Assembly (NCBI GenBank): GCA_902591415.1
Contig: CACJAU010000003.1
Location: forward strand, 11,537 to 75,536
DNA length: 64,000 bases
DNA from: an uncultured Pelagibacteraceae bacterium
Lineage (GTDB): Bacteria; Pseudomonadota; Alphaproteobacteria; Pelagibacterales; Pelagibacteraceae
Direction of reading: 5' to 3'
Part shown: in pieces, positions 9,795-19,207 of the stretch
How the letters are laid out: each line of letters starts with the position of its first letter
Numbering within the stretch: the first letter of the stretch is position 1
Notes under the pieces: generated by a model
Database searches by the model: none
What the model saw: the letters and a program-made list of their open reading frames with translations, nothing else
Told to the model about the DNA's origin: nothing
Program-made: the position numbers and the translations under genes

Positions 9795-10747
9795 TATATC
9801 TTAATCTTATTAAGTGCATTATTGTTAAAAAGATTTGCTTCTCGTATATAACGTCTTACCATTTGTGTTGTTTTATGACCAGTCATTGCCATAATACTTC
9901 TTTCATCTGCGCCGAACTCTGCCGCTACTGTGGCAAAACCTGATCTTAAACTATGACCTGAAAAATTTTGATTTTCTATTCCTGCTAATTTTAGATAATC
10001 TTTGATTATTAAAACTACTGATTGATCAGTTAACCTGTGGCCAGTTAATATTGAGCCTTTGGCAAATCTTCTAAAAATTGGGCCAGTTTTTATTTTAGAT
10101 ATATTTATCCAATTCTTTAAACTTGTAACTGGACAAAATTTTTCATTTGTGAAATAGGGTAGTCCTTTTACCAAACCCTCTCCAAATTGATCTGTTTTGG
10201 ACCTTCTTAGAGTTATTTTTACACCTTCTTCAACAAAATCTAGATCTTCATAATCAATAGAAATTAATTCTGTTCGTCTAAATCCACCACCAAAACCAAT
10301 AAGTATTAAGGTTCTATTCCTCAATTTTTTAATTTTTTCTATTTTTTGTTCGTCTATTACGTTAATTATTTGTTTTAAGTGATTGATTAATATTGGTTTT
10401 TTACCTGTTTGAATACTTCCTTTTTTTCTTTTTATACCCATTAAGTTTTCGATAATAACCGGATGTTTTGTATCTAAGTAATGACCTTTTAACTTATGGA
10501 CCACTCCAATAGATACTAATCTTCGTCTTAAAGTGCTTATTTTTGAGCTTGCAGAAAGGTGAGTCATATACAAAGATACAACCTTTGGTTCTGTGGGCAT
10601 TGATTTAAATCCATGTTTTGCACAAAATATTGCAAAATCTTTAAAATCAGATTTATAAGCTCTAAGCGTATTACTAGCTTTAGATAACTTGAGGTTGTTT
10701 AATGTATCCTCATGAAGCTTTTTTAGGTCTGTAACCAATTCATTCAT
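9794..10747 (-). CDS. Cre-like tyrosine site-specific recombinase
   Basis: N-terminal SAM-like core-binding domain (NTLRAYKSDF); catalytic R (GFRRTEL), K (SKTDQ), H-x-x-R (SGHSLRSG), H (TGHK), Y (VRRYIR). Confidence 0.93.
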   Translation of the reverse strand: MNELVTDLKKLHEDTLNNLKLSKASNTLRAYKSDFKDFAIFCAKHGFKSMPTEPKVVSLYMTHLSASSKISTLRRRLVSIGVVHKLKGHYLDTKHPVIIENLMGIKRKKGSIQTGKKPILINHLKQIINVIDEQKIEKIKKLRNRTLILIGFGGGFRRTELISIDYEDLDFVEEGVKITLRRSKTDQFGEGLVKGLPYFTNEKFCPVTSLKNWINISKIKTGPIFRRFAKGSILTGHRLTDQSVVLIIKDYLKLAGIENQNFSGHSLRSGFATVAAEFGADERSIMAMTGHKTTQMVRRYIREANLFNNNALNKIKI

Positions 10748-10784
10748 ATTACTATCGATAACAATTAATTATCATTAGTAATAT
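10746..10784. other. Putative recombinase binding/crossover site (lox/dif-like): ATATTACTATCGATAA-caattaa-TTATCATTAGTAATAT
   Basis: 16-bp inverted arms matching at 14/16 positions around an asymmetric 7-bp spacer; overlaps the recombinase start codon. Confidence 0.7.
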
Positions 10785-10826
10785 ATTAAGTGATTTTAGA
10801 TGTCAATACGTATAATTTTAAAACTG

Positions 10827-10991
10827 ATGATTAAATTTATTCTTCCTATAGTAGTATTTATAGCTGCAGTATATGGAATTTCATACTTCTGGACTAACTC
10901 AAGCTCAAAAGGCAAAAAAATGATAGCTTTAGGCTTAATAATAGCCCTTATAATAGGCATATCTCTAACAATTTACCTAATTTTTGACTAA
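10827..10991 (+). CDS. Small two-TM hypothetical membrane protein
   Basis: Two hydrophobic stretches; stop overlaps the next ATG (TAATG); upstream in-frame ATG at 10800 also possible. Confidence 0.65.
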   Translation: MIKFILPIVVFIAAVYGISYFWTNSSSKGKKMIALGLIIALIIGISLTIYLIFD

Positions 10992-11266
10992 TGAAGCTAG
11001 CTGGTACTAAATTTCAGCTGAAAGTATGGGCTTATTTGAGGAAAATACCTCGTGGAAGCGTTAAAACCTACTCTCAGGTAGCAAAAGCCATTGGAAAACC
11101 GCTTGCTGTGCGTGCTGTGGCCAATGCTATAGGAAAAAACCCTTATGCGCCCAAAATTCCTTGCCATAGAGTTATAAGATCTGATGGATCACTCGGAGGC
11201 TATTCAGGCAAAGGAGGCGTAAAAACAAAGAGATTTTTACTAAAAAAAGAGGGTATAAGGCTCTAG
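10991..11266 (+). CDS. ogt: Minimal methylated-DNA--protein-cysteine methyltransferase (MGMT/Ogt C-terminal domain)
   Basis: FQLKVW, IPRG.V.TY, RAVANA, active-site IPCHRV, LGGYSG. Confidence 0.85.
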   Translation: MKLAGTKFQLKVWAYLRKIPRGSVKTYSQVAKAIGKPLAVRAVANAIGKNPYAPKIPCHRVIRSDGSLGGYSGKGGVKTKRFLLKKEGIRL

Positions 11267-11677
11267 AATTGTTATTTGACGGGCGATCGGGTCTATTAGC
11301 CCCTATTTCATTGTATTTTTTACCCACACACCAGTCAGTTGTACTCTAAAATCAATGATTGCAAAAAAAACACCCTCTACGGCCGTTTAAACGCTATATT
11401 CAGTACACGCAAAGCTTGTAGAATTATTGATTATTAGTCCTTTTAGATCAGTCTAAAACACCCTATTTTGCTAGATTTTAGCATTTCAATCTTTAATTTT
11501 TAAGTGTTTATCTTGTAAAACCTTAATTTTTAGCACCTTTTTCAATTTATTTATTGTTTTTTAAGCTCAAATAAGCTTTATTTTTCAATGCTTATTTACT
11601 TTTTTTATTATATATATAAATGATACTTACCTATTACTTAATTTATTACTTTAATTATGTTACTTAAGTCACTGTAT

Positions 11678-12577
11678 TTATTGAAAATATTTAAGACTAA
11701 AATAAACTACAATTGGGATAGTGATAAATGACATAACAGTAGATGTAACTATAACACTTGCTACGCTATCTACCACCTTTCTGTCTGAATACATTGAACC
11801 TACTAAATAAGTTAAAACCGCACTTGGCATACATGACTGAATTAAAAGAACACCAGCAGCAAAACCATTTAAATTGAGAAATTTAATTAATCCAAATCCA
11901 ATTAAAGGTCCAATAATAACTCTTACCGCTCCTAGAATTGATGCATGTGTCCAAGACACAACTTTTAATCTTGATAAAGCAATACCTAAAGACATTAAAA
12001 CTAAAAATATAGTAGCGTATGTAAGCAAAAATGTAGTGTTTTCTAAATATCCAGGAACATCCCATTCAAAATATAAAAATATGACTGAAACAATTATTCC
12101 GTAAATTGGCATATTCTTAATCAATATTTCAAATGAAAAGCTTTTTTTGGCCAACAAAACTCCAAGTGTAAAATGAAGAAGAATAATTACTGATGCAATA
12201 GCAGATGCAACCCCTAGCCCGGCTGTACCATAAGCAAATAAACAAATAGGAATACCCATATTTCCAGTGTTGGGTAAAATTAATGGCGGCAATTCACTAA
12301 TAAAATCTTTTTTAAGTAATAAAAGAAATATAATACCTACAATTGAAAAACCTCCAATTATAATAAGTGCATAAATAAAATATTCAGTAAAAACACTTAA
12401 GGTTACTCCAGTTGTTGTTATCGTATAAAAAATCATTGCAGGTGTACCGACGTTACCGGCAAATGTAGTTATAAAATCTGTGCTAATTTCTGGATTTTTT
12501 CTTCCAAGATAATAACCTACCCCAATAACAAAAAAAACAGGGACAATAACATCAATAAGTTTTAGGTAGAGCTCCAT
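11678..12577 (-). CDS. AEC (auxin efflux carrier) family transporter
   Basis: Multi-TM protein; PNTGNMGIP and MPSAV motifs. Confidence 0.85.
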   Translation of the reverse strand: MELYLKLIDVIVPVFFVIGVGYYLGRKNPEISTDFITTFAGNVGTPAMIFYTITTTGVTLSVFTEYFIYALIIIGGFSIVGIIFLLLLKKDFISELPPLILPNTGNMGIPICLFAYGTAGLGVASAIASVIILLHFTLGVLLAKKSFSFEILIKNMPIYGIIVSVIFLYFEWDVPGYLENTTFLLTYATIFLVLMSLGIALSRLKVVSWTHASILGAVRVIIGPLIGFGLIKFLNLNGFAAGVLLIQSCMPSAVLTYLVGSMYSDRKVVDSVASVIVTSTVMSFITIPIVVYFSLKYFQ

Positions 12578-13584
12578 TAAGCTCTTACATCAGATTTACT
12601 AGGTTTTCTCAACTTATTTTTAAAGTTAATTGCTATTTCAAATTCACTTAAACGTTTATGAATAGATCTTAATTTATTAATTTGCACCCAATTATAAAGA
12701 AAAACATTAAATGCATCCTTAATTTCACCAAAAGCGTTAACAGCTCTCATCATAATTCCTAAAGTGTATGCTCCAGTAAATAAACCCGGTCCCATAATTA
12801 CAAAAGGAACAATAACAAATATTTGTCTATATAAAATTGACCATAAATCAAAATATCCATAATGCAAAAAAAGCCTGTGATAATTGAATTTTATACCTGT
12901 AAAAAGTTGGAGTATTGATGGAGCTTGAGCATAATTTTTTCTATCATCCTCACCATAAACAAGTTCTTTTCTAAATGCCGCCTCTGCTTTTTGATTATTA
13001 TATTCTAATCCAGGTAATTTTATACCAACAAACCAGCTTATTGTAAGTCCGCCAATACTAACTAATAAAGCCACCCATACCAAAGAACCAGAAATATTTT
13101 CTAGATATGGTGCTACAACATTTTCTGAAAGAGACCATAATATTGGTAAAAAAGCTATTAATGTCATAACGGCTCTTACAATATCTAATCCTATATTTTC
13201 AACTATATTAGCAAAATCTCTACAGTCTTCTTGAATTCTTTGTGATGCTCCTTCAACTTTTGCATCTACAGCCCTCCAATAAGGCATATAAGAAAAGGTA
13301 ATAGCTTCCCGCCATCTAAAAGTCCACATTCTCGTAAACCAATTTGTAAATGAAATAGTTGTTACATATGGGATTGCTAAATAAAGAAAGAAAGTTAACC
13401 TTTCGTAAAATTTTTCTAGTCCTCCAGTTTCAGGTGGTTTTTGTAATAAGTCATAAAAAGATCCATACCAATTATTAAATTGTACAGATAACCAGGTTTG
13501 AAAAACAATTAAAACTAAAATGAGAGATCCACCGCCATAGCACCAAAGAGACCATTTTTTATCTGTAAAAAAACTACGCCACAT
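12577..13584 (-). CDS. SbmA/BacA-like peptide transporter
   Basis: N.WYG.FYDL, FRWR, EGASQRIQED, LPGLEYNNQKAEAAFRKELVYGEDD, NYHRLF.HY.YF. Confidence 0.85.
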   Translation of the reverse strand: MWRSFFTDKKWSLWCYGGGSLILVLIVFQTWLSVQFNNWYGSFYDLLQKPPETGGLEKFYERLTFFLYLAIPYVTTISFTNWFTRMWTFRWREAITFSYMPYWRAVDAKVEGASQRIQEDCRDFANIVENIGLDIVRAVMTLIAFLPILWSLSENVVAPYLENISGSLVWVALLVSIGGLTISWFVGIKLPGLEYNNQKAEAAFRKELVYGEDDRKNYAQAPSILQLFTGIKFNYHRLFLHYGYFDLWSILYRQIFVIVPFVIMGPGLFTGAYTLGIMMRAVNAFGEIKDAFNVFLYNWVQINKLRSIHKRLSEFEIAINFKNKLRKPSKSDVRA

Positions 13585-13586
13585 AA

Positions 13587-13871
13587 TTAGTTTTTAAGAA
13601 AATTGTCAGCATAGGATTTTATTACAAATTCTTTTTTCTTGGGTTTAATAATTTTATATGAAATATTGTTCCTTTTTGCATATTCTATTGCTTGCTCTTT
13701 TGAAGAAAACTTAAGGACTACTTCCTCTAAAGTGTCAGTTGAAGTTTCCCAACCCATTAATGGATTTATGGAAGGGTCTTTGGTTTCAAATTCTAAAACC
13801 CATTTCTTTGTCTTCCCCCTGCCCGATTGCATTGCAGTTTTGGAAGGTATGTAAATCTTAGCTTTTTTCAT
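13587..13871 (-). CDS. ETC complex I accessory subunit (NDUFS4-like)
   Basis: IYIPSKTAMQSG, NPLMGW, KSYADNF. Confidence 0.9.
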   Translation of the reverse strand: MKKAKIYIPSKTAMQSGRGKTKKWVLEFETKDPSINPLMGWETSTDTLEEVVLKFSSKEQAIEYAKRNNISYKIIKPKKKEFVIKSYADNFLKN

Positions 13872-13880
13872 GTTTTTTAA

Positions 13881-13957
<77 letters not shown>

Positions 13958-14030
13958 ATCGTCTGTTTTATAGGTTAATTATGCCTTTTTGGCAATTGAA
14001 AGATAACCGCTATGCAAGTAAATAGTACCT

Positions 14031-15203
14031 ATGATCCAACATATAACTAAACCATTTAGAGAGTTTTTTAAATTAGAAGCATCCTCCGGAATTATGCTTC
14101 TCATAGCGGCTATACTAGCATTAGTAATAAGCAATGGTTCTTATAGCGATCAATATTTTTCAATTTTACAAAAATACGTAACACTCGGAACAGAAAGTTT
14201 TGGACTTAAATTAAGCGTTTTACATTGGATTAATGATGTCTTAATGGCAATTTTCTTTTTTTTCGTCTCACTAGAAATAAAAAGAGAATTTTTACAGGGT
14301 GAATTATCAAATCCAAAACAGGCTTTATTACCTATAATAGGAGCTATAGGAGGTATGGTCGTGCCTGCTCTATTTTATATATTTGTTAATTACTCTGATA
14401 GCACTACATTAAATGGATGGGCTATTCCATCAGCAACTGATATTGCTTTCTCTTTAGGTGTATTATCATTATTGGGAAAAAGAGTTCCTATATCTTTAAA
14501 AGTTTTTTTAACAGCTTTAGCAATTATAGATGATTTAGGTGCAATTGTGATCATAGCTTTCTTTTATTCTGGAAATATTCAATCTATTTACTTAGTTTTA
14601 ATGTTATTAGCTGTAATAGTTTTAATTGGATTAAATAAATTTAAAGTAAATATCTTTTTACCATATTTAATAGTTGGAATTTTTTTATGGGACTTTACTC
14701 ATCAATCTGGTATTCATGCTACAATAGCAGGTGTTCTTTTAGCTTTAACAATTCCCCATAATTCTAAAGTTAACAAAAATTCATTATTATTAAAATTAGA
14801 ACATAGTCTATCACCTTATGTTGCTTTTGGAATAATGCCATTATTTGCATTTGCAAATGCAGGAGTATCTTTAGAGGGTTTAACTTTTGCAACTCTTTTA
14901 AATCCAGTACCACTGGGTATTGTATTAGGCTTATTTTTTGGAAAACAAATTGGAGTTTTTGTTTTATCTTACTTGTCAGTAAAACTTAAAATTGCAGACA
15001 AACCAAATAATTCAACTTGGCCAGCATTTTATGCGGTTTCCATTTTAACCGGAATAGGTTTTACAATGAGTTTATTTGTTGGAAATTTGGCTTTTGCTAA
15101 TGACATGCAATATATTGACGGAGTAAAAATTGGTGTACTTGCAGGTTCATTACTTTCGACTGTTTTTGGATACGTGTTATTATTACTATTCGCTAAAAAA
15201 TGA
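14031..15203 (+). CDS. nhaA: Na+/H+ antiporter NhaA
   Basis: HWINDVLM, LEIKRE, GWAIPSATDIAF, LAIIDDLGA, GIGFTMSLF. Confidence 0.95.
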   Translation: MIQHITKPFREFFKLEASSGIMLLIAAILALVISNGSYSDQYFSILQKYVTLGTESFGLKLSVLHWINDVLMAIFFFFVSLEIKREFLQGELSNPKQALLPIIGAIGGMVVPALFYIFVNYSDSTTLNGWAIPSATDIAFSLGVLSLLGKRVPISLKVFLTALAIIDDLGAIVIIAFFYSGNIQSIYLVLMLLAVIVLIGLNKFKVNIFLPYLIVGIFLWDFTHQSGIHATIAGVLLALTIPHNSKVNKNSLLLKLEHSLSPYVAFGIMPLFAFANAGVSLEGLTFATLLNPVPLGIVLGLFFGKQIGVFVLSYLSVKLKIADKPNNSTWPAFYAVSILTGIGFTMSLFVGNLAFANDMQYIDGVKIGVLAGSLLSTVFGYVLLLLFAKK

Positions 15204-15601
15204 TTACTGACGAAATAATTAAATTTGCTTCAAATACCTCTAACGTAGGACTAACGAATAAATATACTTTTAAATCAATAAAAAAAAATTCAATGTGTGG
15301 AGATTTAATCAAAATTGAATTAATTTTAAAAAATTCTAAAATTAATTCTATGAAGTATGAAACGGAATCATGTATATTATGTGAAGCATCTGCTAGTCTA
15401 TTATCAAAAAGAATAAAAAATCTTCCAATAAAGATTTTAAAAGAAGAATTAAAACAACTTAAAAATACCCCCGTAAATGACTTGAACTTTATATTTCCAA
15501 AAAAATTTAAAGAATTTAAGTTTTTAATAAATAAAAATAACTCAAGTAGGTTAAATTGTATTTTTTTGCCTATTGATGCAGTGTTAAAAGCTTTAAAATG
15601 A
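15200..15601 (+). CDS. IscU/NifU-N (SufU-like) Fe-S scaffold family protein
   Basis: N.MCGD, SCILCEASAS, RLNC..LP spacing of scaffold cysteines. Confidence 0.75.
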   Translation: MITDEIIKFASNTSNVGLTNKYTFKSIKKNSMCGDLIKIELILKNSKINSMKYETESCILCEASASLLSKRIKNLPIKILKEELKQLKNTPVNDLNFIFPKKFKEFKFLINKNNSSRLNCIFLPIDAVLKALK

Positions 15602-16146
15602 TGAAAAAAATATTTATTATATTATTCGTAATGTTTAGTTTTTTTAACAAAGTAAATTCAGCTTATGATAAATTGGCTTATGAATTTGATTTTAAGAGTA
15701 TTGAAGGAGAATTAATCAGTCTTAAAGATTATAAAGATAAAGTCATTGTTGTGGTAAATGTTGCTTCGAGGTGTGGTTTTACTAATCAATATGAAGATTT
15801 GCAATCTCTATGGTCTAATTACAAAGATAAAAATCTTGTAGTAATTGGCGTACCTACTAATAATTTCAAACAAGAACCCGGATCAAATAAAGAAATTAAA
15901 GACTTTTGTGAGGCTAATTTTAATATAAATTTTCCGATGACAGAAAAAATTGACGTAATTGGCAATAATGCTCATCCTTTTTTTAAATGGGCAAAGAACA
16001 ACCATGGCAAGAATGCAATACCTAAATGGAATTTCCATAAAATAATCATTGGTAAAAATGGTAAAGTTGTAGATACTTTTTCATCAATTACTAGACCTTC
16101 CTCAACAAGATTTATTAATTTAATTGAAAAAGAAATTAAAAATTAA
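15598..16146 (+). CDS. Glutathione peroxidase family protein (Cys type, with signal peptide)
   Basis: VNVASRCGFT, PTNNF.QEPG, PKWNFHK. Confidence 0.92.
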   Translation: MMKKIFIILFVMFSFFNKVNSAYDKLAYEFDFKSIEGELISLKDYKDKVIVVVNVASRCGFTNQYEDLQSLWSNYKDKNLVVIGVPTNNFKQEPGSNKEIKDFCEANFNINFPMTEKIDVIGNNAHPFFKWAKNNHGKNAIPKWNFHKIIIGKNGKVVDTFSSITRPSSTRFINLIEKEIKN

Positions 16147-16903
16147 AACTTAAACCATCAAAGGCTGGAATGATGTTTTTTGGTAATTTTTTTTTAAGGA
16201 CAAAATAATCTAAATCTACATGTAAATTAGTTAATATTGTTTTTTTGGGATTTGCAAATTTTACAAAATCAATAGCGTCATCATAATTAAAATGAGAAGG
16301 ATGCTTATTAATTCTTAAACAATCAATAATTAAAAAATCTAAATTCATTAATTTTTTCGTTACCTTTTTACTAATTTCGTTACAATCGCTTATATAAGCT
16401 ATTTTATCAAATAAATAACCATTAGCTTTAATAAGTCCATGATTTACCTCAAATGGATCTATAATTATACGTGAATTGTTTTTTTTAATTTCAAATTTTT
16501 TTTTTATAATATTAGCTTTCATAATTGGTTTGTATCCATGTCTTTGTTTAAAACAATAACTAAAGGTTTTTTTTAATTCTTTTATTGTTTTAATATTTCC
16601 ATAAATTGGAATTTTTTTTTTATTTTTCCAAAAAAAAGGTCGCATTTCAAAAATACCAGTAGTTTGATCTGCATGTTCATGTGTATAAATAATAGCATCT
16701 AGAGTTTTAATCTTATTTTTTAAAAACTGGTTTTTAATATCAGGAGATGTGTCTATCAAAATAGATAAATCACCTTTTTGAATATGTGCGCAACATCTTG
16801 TACGTATGTTTTTTTTATCTTTTTTAAGTTTAGCAGAGTAATTGGTTATCCAAGGTGCGCCTAGAGAGCTTCCACATCCCAATATTGTAAATTTTTTTTT
16901 CAA
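16136..16903 (-). CDS. MBL-fold metallo-hydrolase (PhnP-like)
   Basis: ILGCGSS.G.P, IDTSPD, THEHADQ, AYISD. Confidence 0.88.
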   Translation of the reverse strand: MKKKFTILGCGSSLGAPWITNYSAKLKKDKKNIRTRCCAHIQKGDLSILIDTSPDIKNQFLKNKIKTLDAIIYTHEHADQTTGIFEMRPFFWKNKKKIPIYGNIKTIKELKKTFSYCFKQRHGYKPIMKANIIKKKFEIKKNNSRIIIDPFEVNHGLIKANGYLFDKIAYISDCNEISKKVTKKLMNLDFLIIDCLRINKHPSHFNYDDAIDFVKFANPKKTILTNLHVDLDYFVLKKKLPKNIIPAFDGLSFNF

Positions 16904-17676
16904 TTTAATTTTCCAAATAATTTAAAGAAATTAGAAGTTGTAATTTTAGAAAATGTTTCAAATGTGGTATTTTTTAAATTAGATAAAAATTTAACTGTAT
17001 GTATAATATAACTTGGTTCATTAGATTTTCCTCTTAATGGAACTGGGGCTAAATAAGGTGAGTCAGTTTCTACTAAAATTTTTTCATTAGGTATATCTTT
17101 AAAAGTTTTTGCTAAATCAATAGATTTTTTAAAAGTAACAACTCCACTTGCTGATATATATGCACCTAAATCTAACAACTTAAAAGCAAAATCTCTTGTA
17201 CCTGTAAAACAATGTATTAAAATTTTAAAATCCTTTTCAGCTTTTTTTTTTCTAAGAATTTCTAAAGTTTCGTTCTCAGCATTCCTAGTATGAACAATTA
17301 AAGGTTTCTTTGTAATTTGAGCAGCGGTAATGTGCTCTTCAAAACATTTCATTTGATCATTTTTTTCTGAATGATTATAATAAAAATCTAAACCGGTTTC
17401 ACCGATACCAATGATTTTCTGACTCAAATTAATTTTGTTAATTATAGTTTCGGAATTAATTGATGTATGATTTTTTGCCTCATGAGGATGAATTCCATAT
17501 GTGCCATAAACACAATTAAAATCAGAAATTATTTTAAGAATTTTATCAAAAGTTTTATCCTCTGTGGAAATTGTTAATAAATATTTCACCCCATCATTAT
17601 TAGCTCTAGTTATAGTATCTTTAAGTGATAAAGACATTGGTTCGTAATTTAGGTGACAGTGTGAATCAATTATCAT
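16900..17676 (-). CDS. tatD: TatD family DNase
   Basis: DSHCHL, GIHPH, IGETGLD, HCF, ETDSPYL; ATG at 17676 preferred over TTG at 17682. Confidence 0.93.
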   Translation of the reverse strand: MIIDSHCHLNYEPMSLSLKDTITRANNDGVKYLLTISTEDKTFDKILKIISDFNCVYGTYGIHPHEAKNHTSINSETIINKINLSQKIIGIGETGLDFYYNHSEKNDQMKCFEEHITAAQITKKPLIVHTRNAENETLEILRKKKAEKDFKILIHCFTGTRDFAFKLLDLGAYISASGVVTFKKSIDLAKTFKDIPNEKILVETDSPYLAPVPLRGKSNEPSYIIHTVKFLSNLKNTTFETFSKITTSNFFKLFGKLN

Positions 17677-19207
17677 CTTCAATTTTGTTAAATAATATTT
17701 CTAAATTATTCAATTCCTTATCATGATTTAAAATATTTAAATCTTTAATATTTTCAATATTTAAGTCTTTTATTGGAATATTCATAGATTTTAATACTTT
17801 ATTAGTTGCATCAGGTATTATTGGATTTAGTAAAATGCTTATATTTTTAATTTGATGTGAAACTGTGAACAAAATTGCATTCATTCGATTTAAGTTACCT
17901 TTTTTTTCTTTCCATGGTTCTGAGTCGTTAAAATATTTATTAGCATCAAACGAAAAACCAACTACAGTTTTAATGTATTCATTTAAATTTTGATTATTCA
18001 TTAAATTTATTAAATGTGGTAATTTTTTTAATAAATTATCTAAAAATTTTTTATCAGTCACATTTAAATTTGTGCTAGCTGGTATTTTATTACCACAATT
18101 TTTTTTTATAAAAGAGAATACTCTCTGGCATAAATTTCCGTAATTATTGGCTAAATCATTATTTATACAATTTTTTAAATTTTCCATAGATATTGATCCA
18201 TCATTACCAAGAGATACTTCTTTCACTAAATAGTATCTAAGTTGGTCAATTCCGTATTTATCTATAATTTCAATTGGATCCAGAATATTTCCAAGCGATT
18301 TTGACATTTTTTTTTCATCTGACAAAATCCAACCATGACCAAAAACTCTTTTTGGCAAAGGTAACTTTGCTGCGAGTAAAAAAGCAGGCCAGAAAACAGC
18401 ATGAAATCTTAAAATATCTTTACCTATTATATGAATGTCTGCTGGCCAAAAACTTTTATATTTTTTGTCGTTCACATCAGGAAAATTTAATGCACTTATA
18501 TAATTAGTAAGTGCATCTAACCACACATATATAATATGTTTATTATTTTTTGGCACTGGTATTCCCCAAGTAAATGATGTTCTGCTTACTGATAAGTCTT
18601 TTAATCCTTTTTCAACAAATTTTATAACCTCATTTCTTCTAGAAGGTGGTAAAATAAAATTCTCATTGTCATTATAAAATTTTAATAATTTTTTTCCCCA
18701 TGAAGATAATTTGAAAAAATAAGACTCCTCTTCTACCCATTCAACGCTTGAACCAGATAGTTTTGAAATTTTTTTTCCATTTATTTCTTCTACTTCATCT
18801 TCATCATAAAATGCTTCGTCTGAAACAGAATACCAACCACTATATTTATCAAGATATATATCTTTAGATTCTACAAGTCTGTTCCATATTTCTTTTACTG
18901 ATTTGTAATGTCTTTCTTCAGTTGTTCGAATGAAATCATCGTTAGTTAAATTAAGTTTTTTGTTTAGTGATCTAAATGTTTCTGATATTTCATCACAAAA
19001 AATTTTCGGATCTTTATTGTTCTTTTTTGCTTCTTTTTGAATTTTTTGACCATGTTCATCAGTTCCTGTTAAAAATAAAACTTGATATTTTTCAAGTCTT
19101 TTAAATCGTGCAAAGATATCTGCAACAATACTTGAATAGGCATGTCCCATATGAGGTTTTCCTGATGGATAATATATTGGAGTTGTAATATAAAAATTTT
19201 TATTCAT
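17666..19207 (-). CDS. metG: Methionine--tRNA ligase
   Basis: HMGH, GTDEHG, YVWLDAL, GKDILRFH, KMSKS. Confidence 0.97.
   Translation of the reverse strand: MNKNFYITTPIYYPSGKPHMGHAYSSIVADIFARFKRLEKYQVLFLTGTDEHGQKIQKEAKKNNKDPKIFCDEISETFRSLNKKLNLTNDDFIRTTEERHYKSVKEIWNRLVESKDIYLDKYSGWYSVSDEAFYDEDEVEEINGKKISKLSGSSVEWVEEESYFFKLSSWGKKLLKFYNDNENFILPPSRRNEVIKFVEKGLKDLSVSRTSFTWGIPVPKNNKHIIYVWLDALTNYISALNFPDVNDKKYKSFWPADIHIIGKDILRFHAVFWPAFLLAAKLPLPKRVFGHGWILSDEKKMSKSLGNILDPIEIIDKYGIDQLRYYLVKEVSLGNDGSISMENLKNCINNDLANNYGNLCQRVFSFIKKNCGNKIPASTNLNVTDKKFLDNLLKKLPHLINLMNNQNLNEYIKTVVGFSFDANKYFNDSEPWKEKKGNLNRMNAILFTVSHQIKNISILLNPIIPDATNKVLKSMNIPIKDLNIENIKDLNILNHDKELNNLEILFNKIEDDN

Noticed and set aside
9794-11266. 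Prophage, integron or ICE around the recombinase
   Set aside because: No phage, conjugation or transposase genes, no attC-like cassette array, no IntI-specific insertion evident and no adjacent tRNA
11638-11665. TTAATTTATTA-ctttaa-TTATGTTACTT resembling a canonical XerCD dif
   Set aside because: Only the right arm resembles the XerD arm (TTATGTTAAAT). The left arm lacks the ATAA core and the context is extremely AT-rich, so chance is likely.
11267-11677. Long AT-rich gap as oriC
   Set aside because: No good DnaA boxes (best is TTACCCACA), no hemE/parAB/dnaA context, and genes point toward it rather than away
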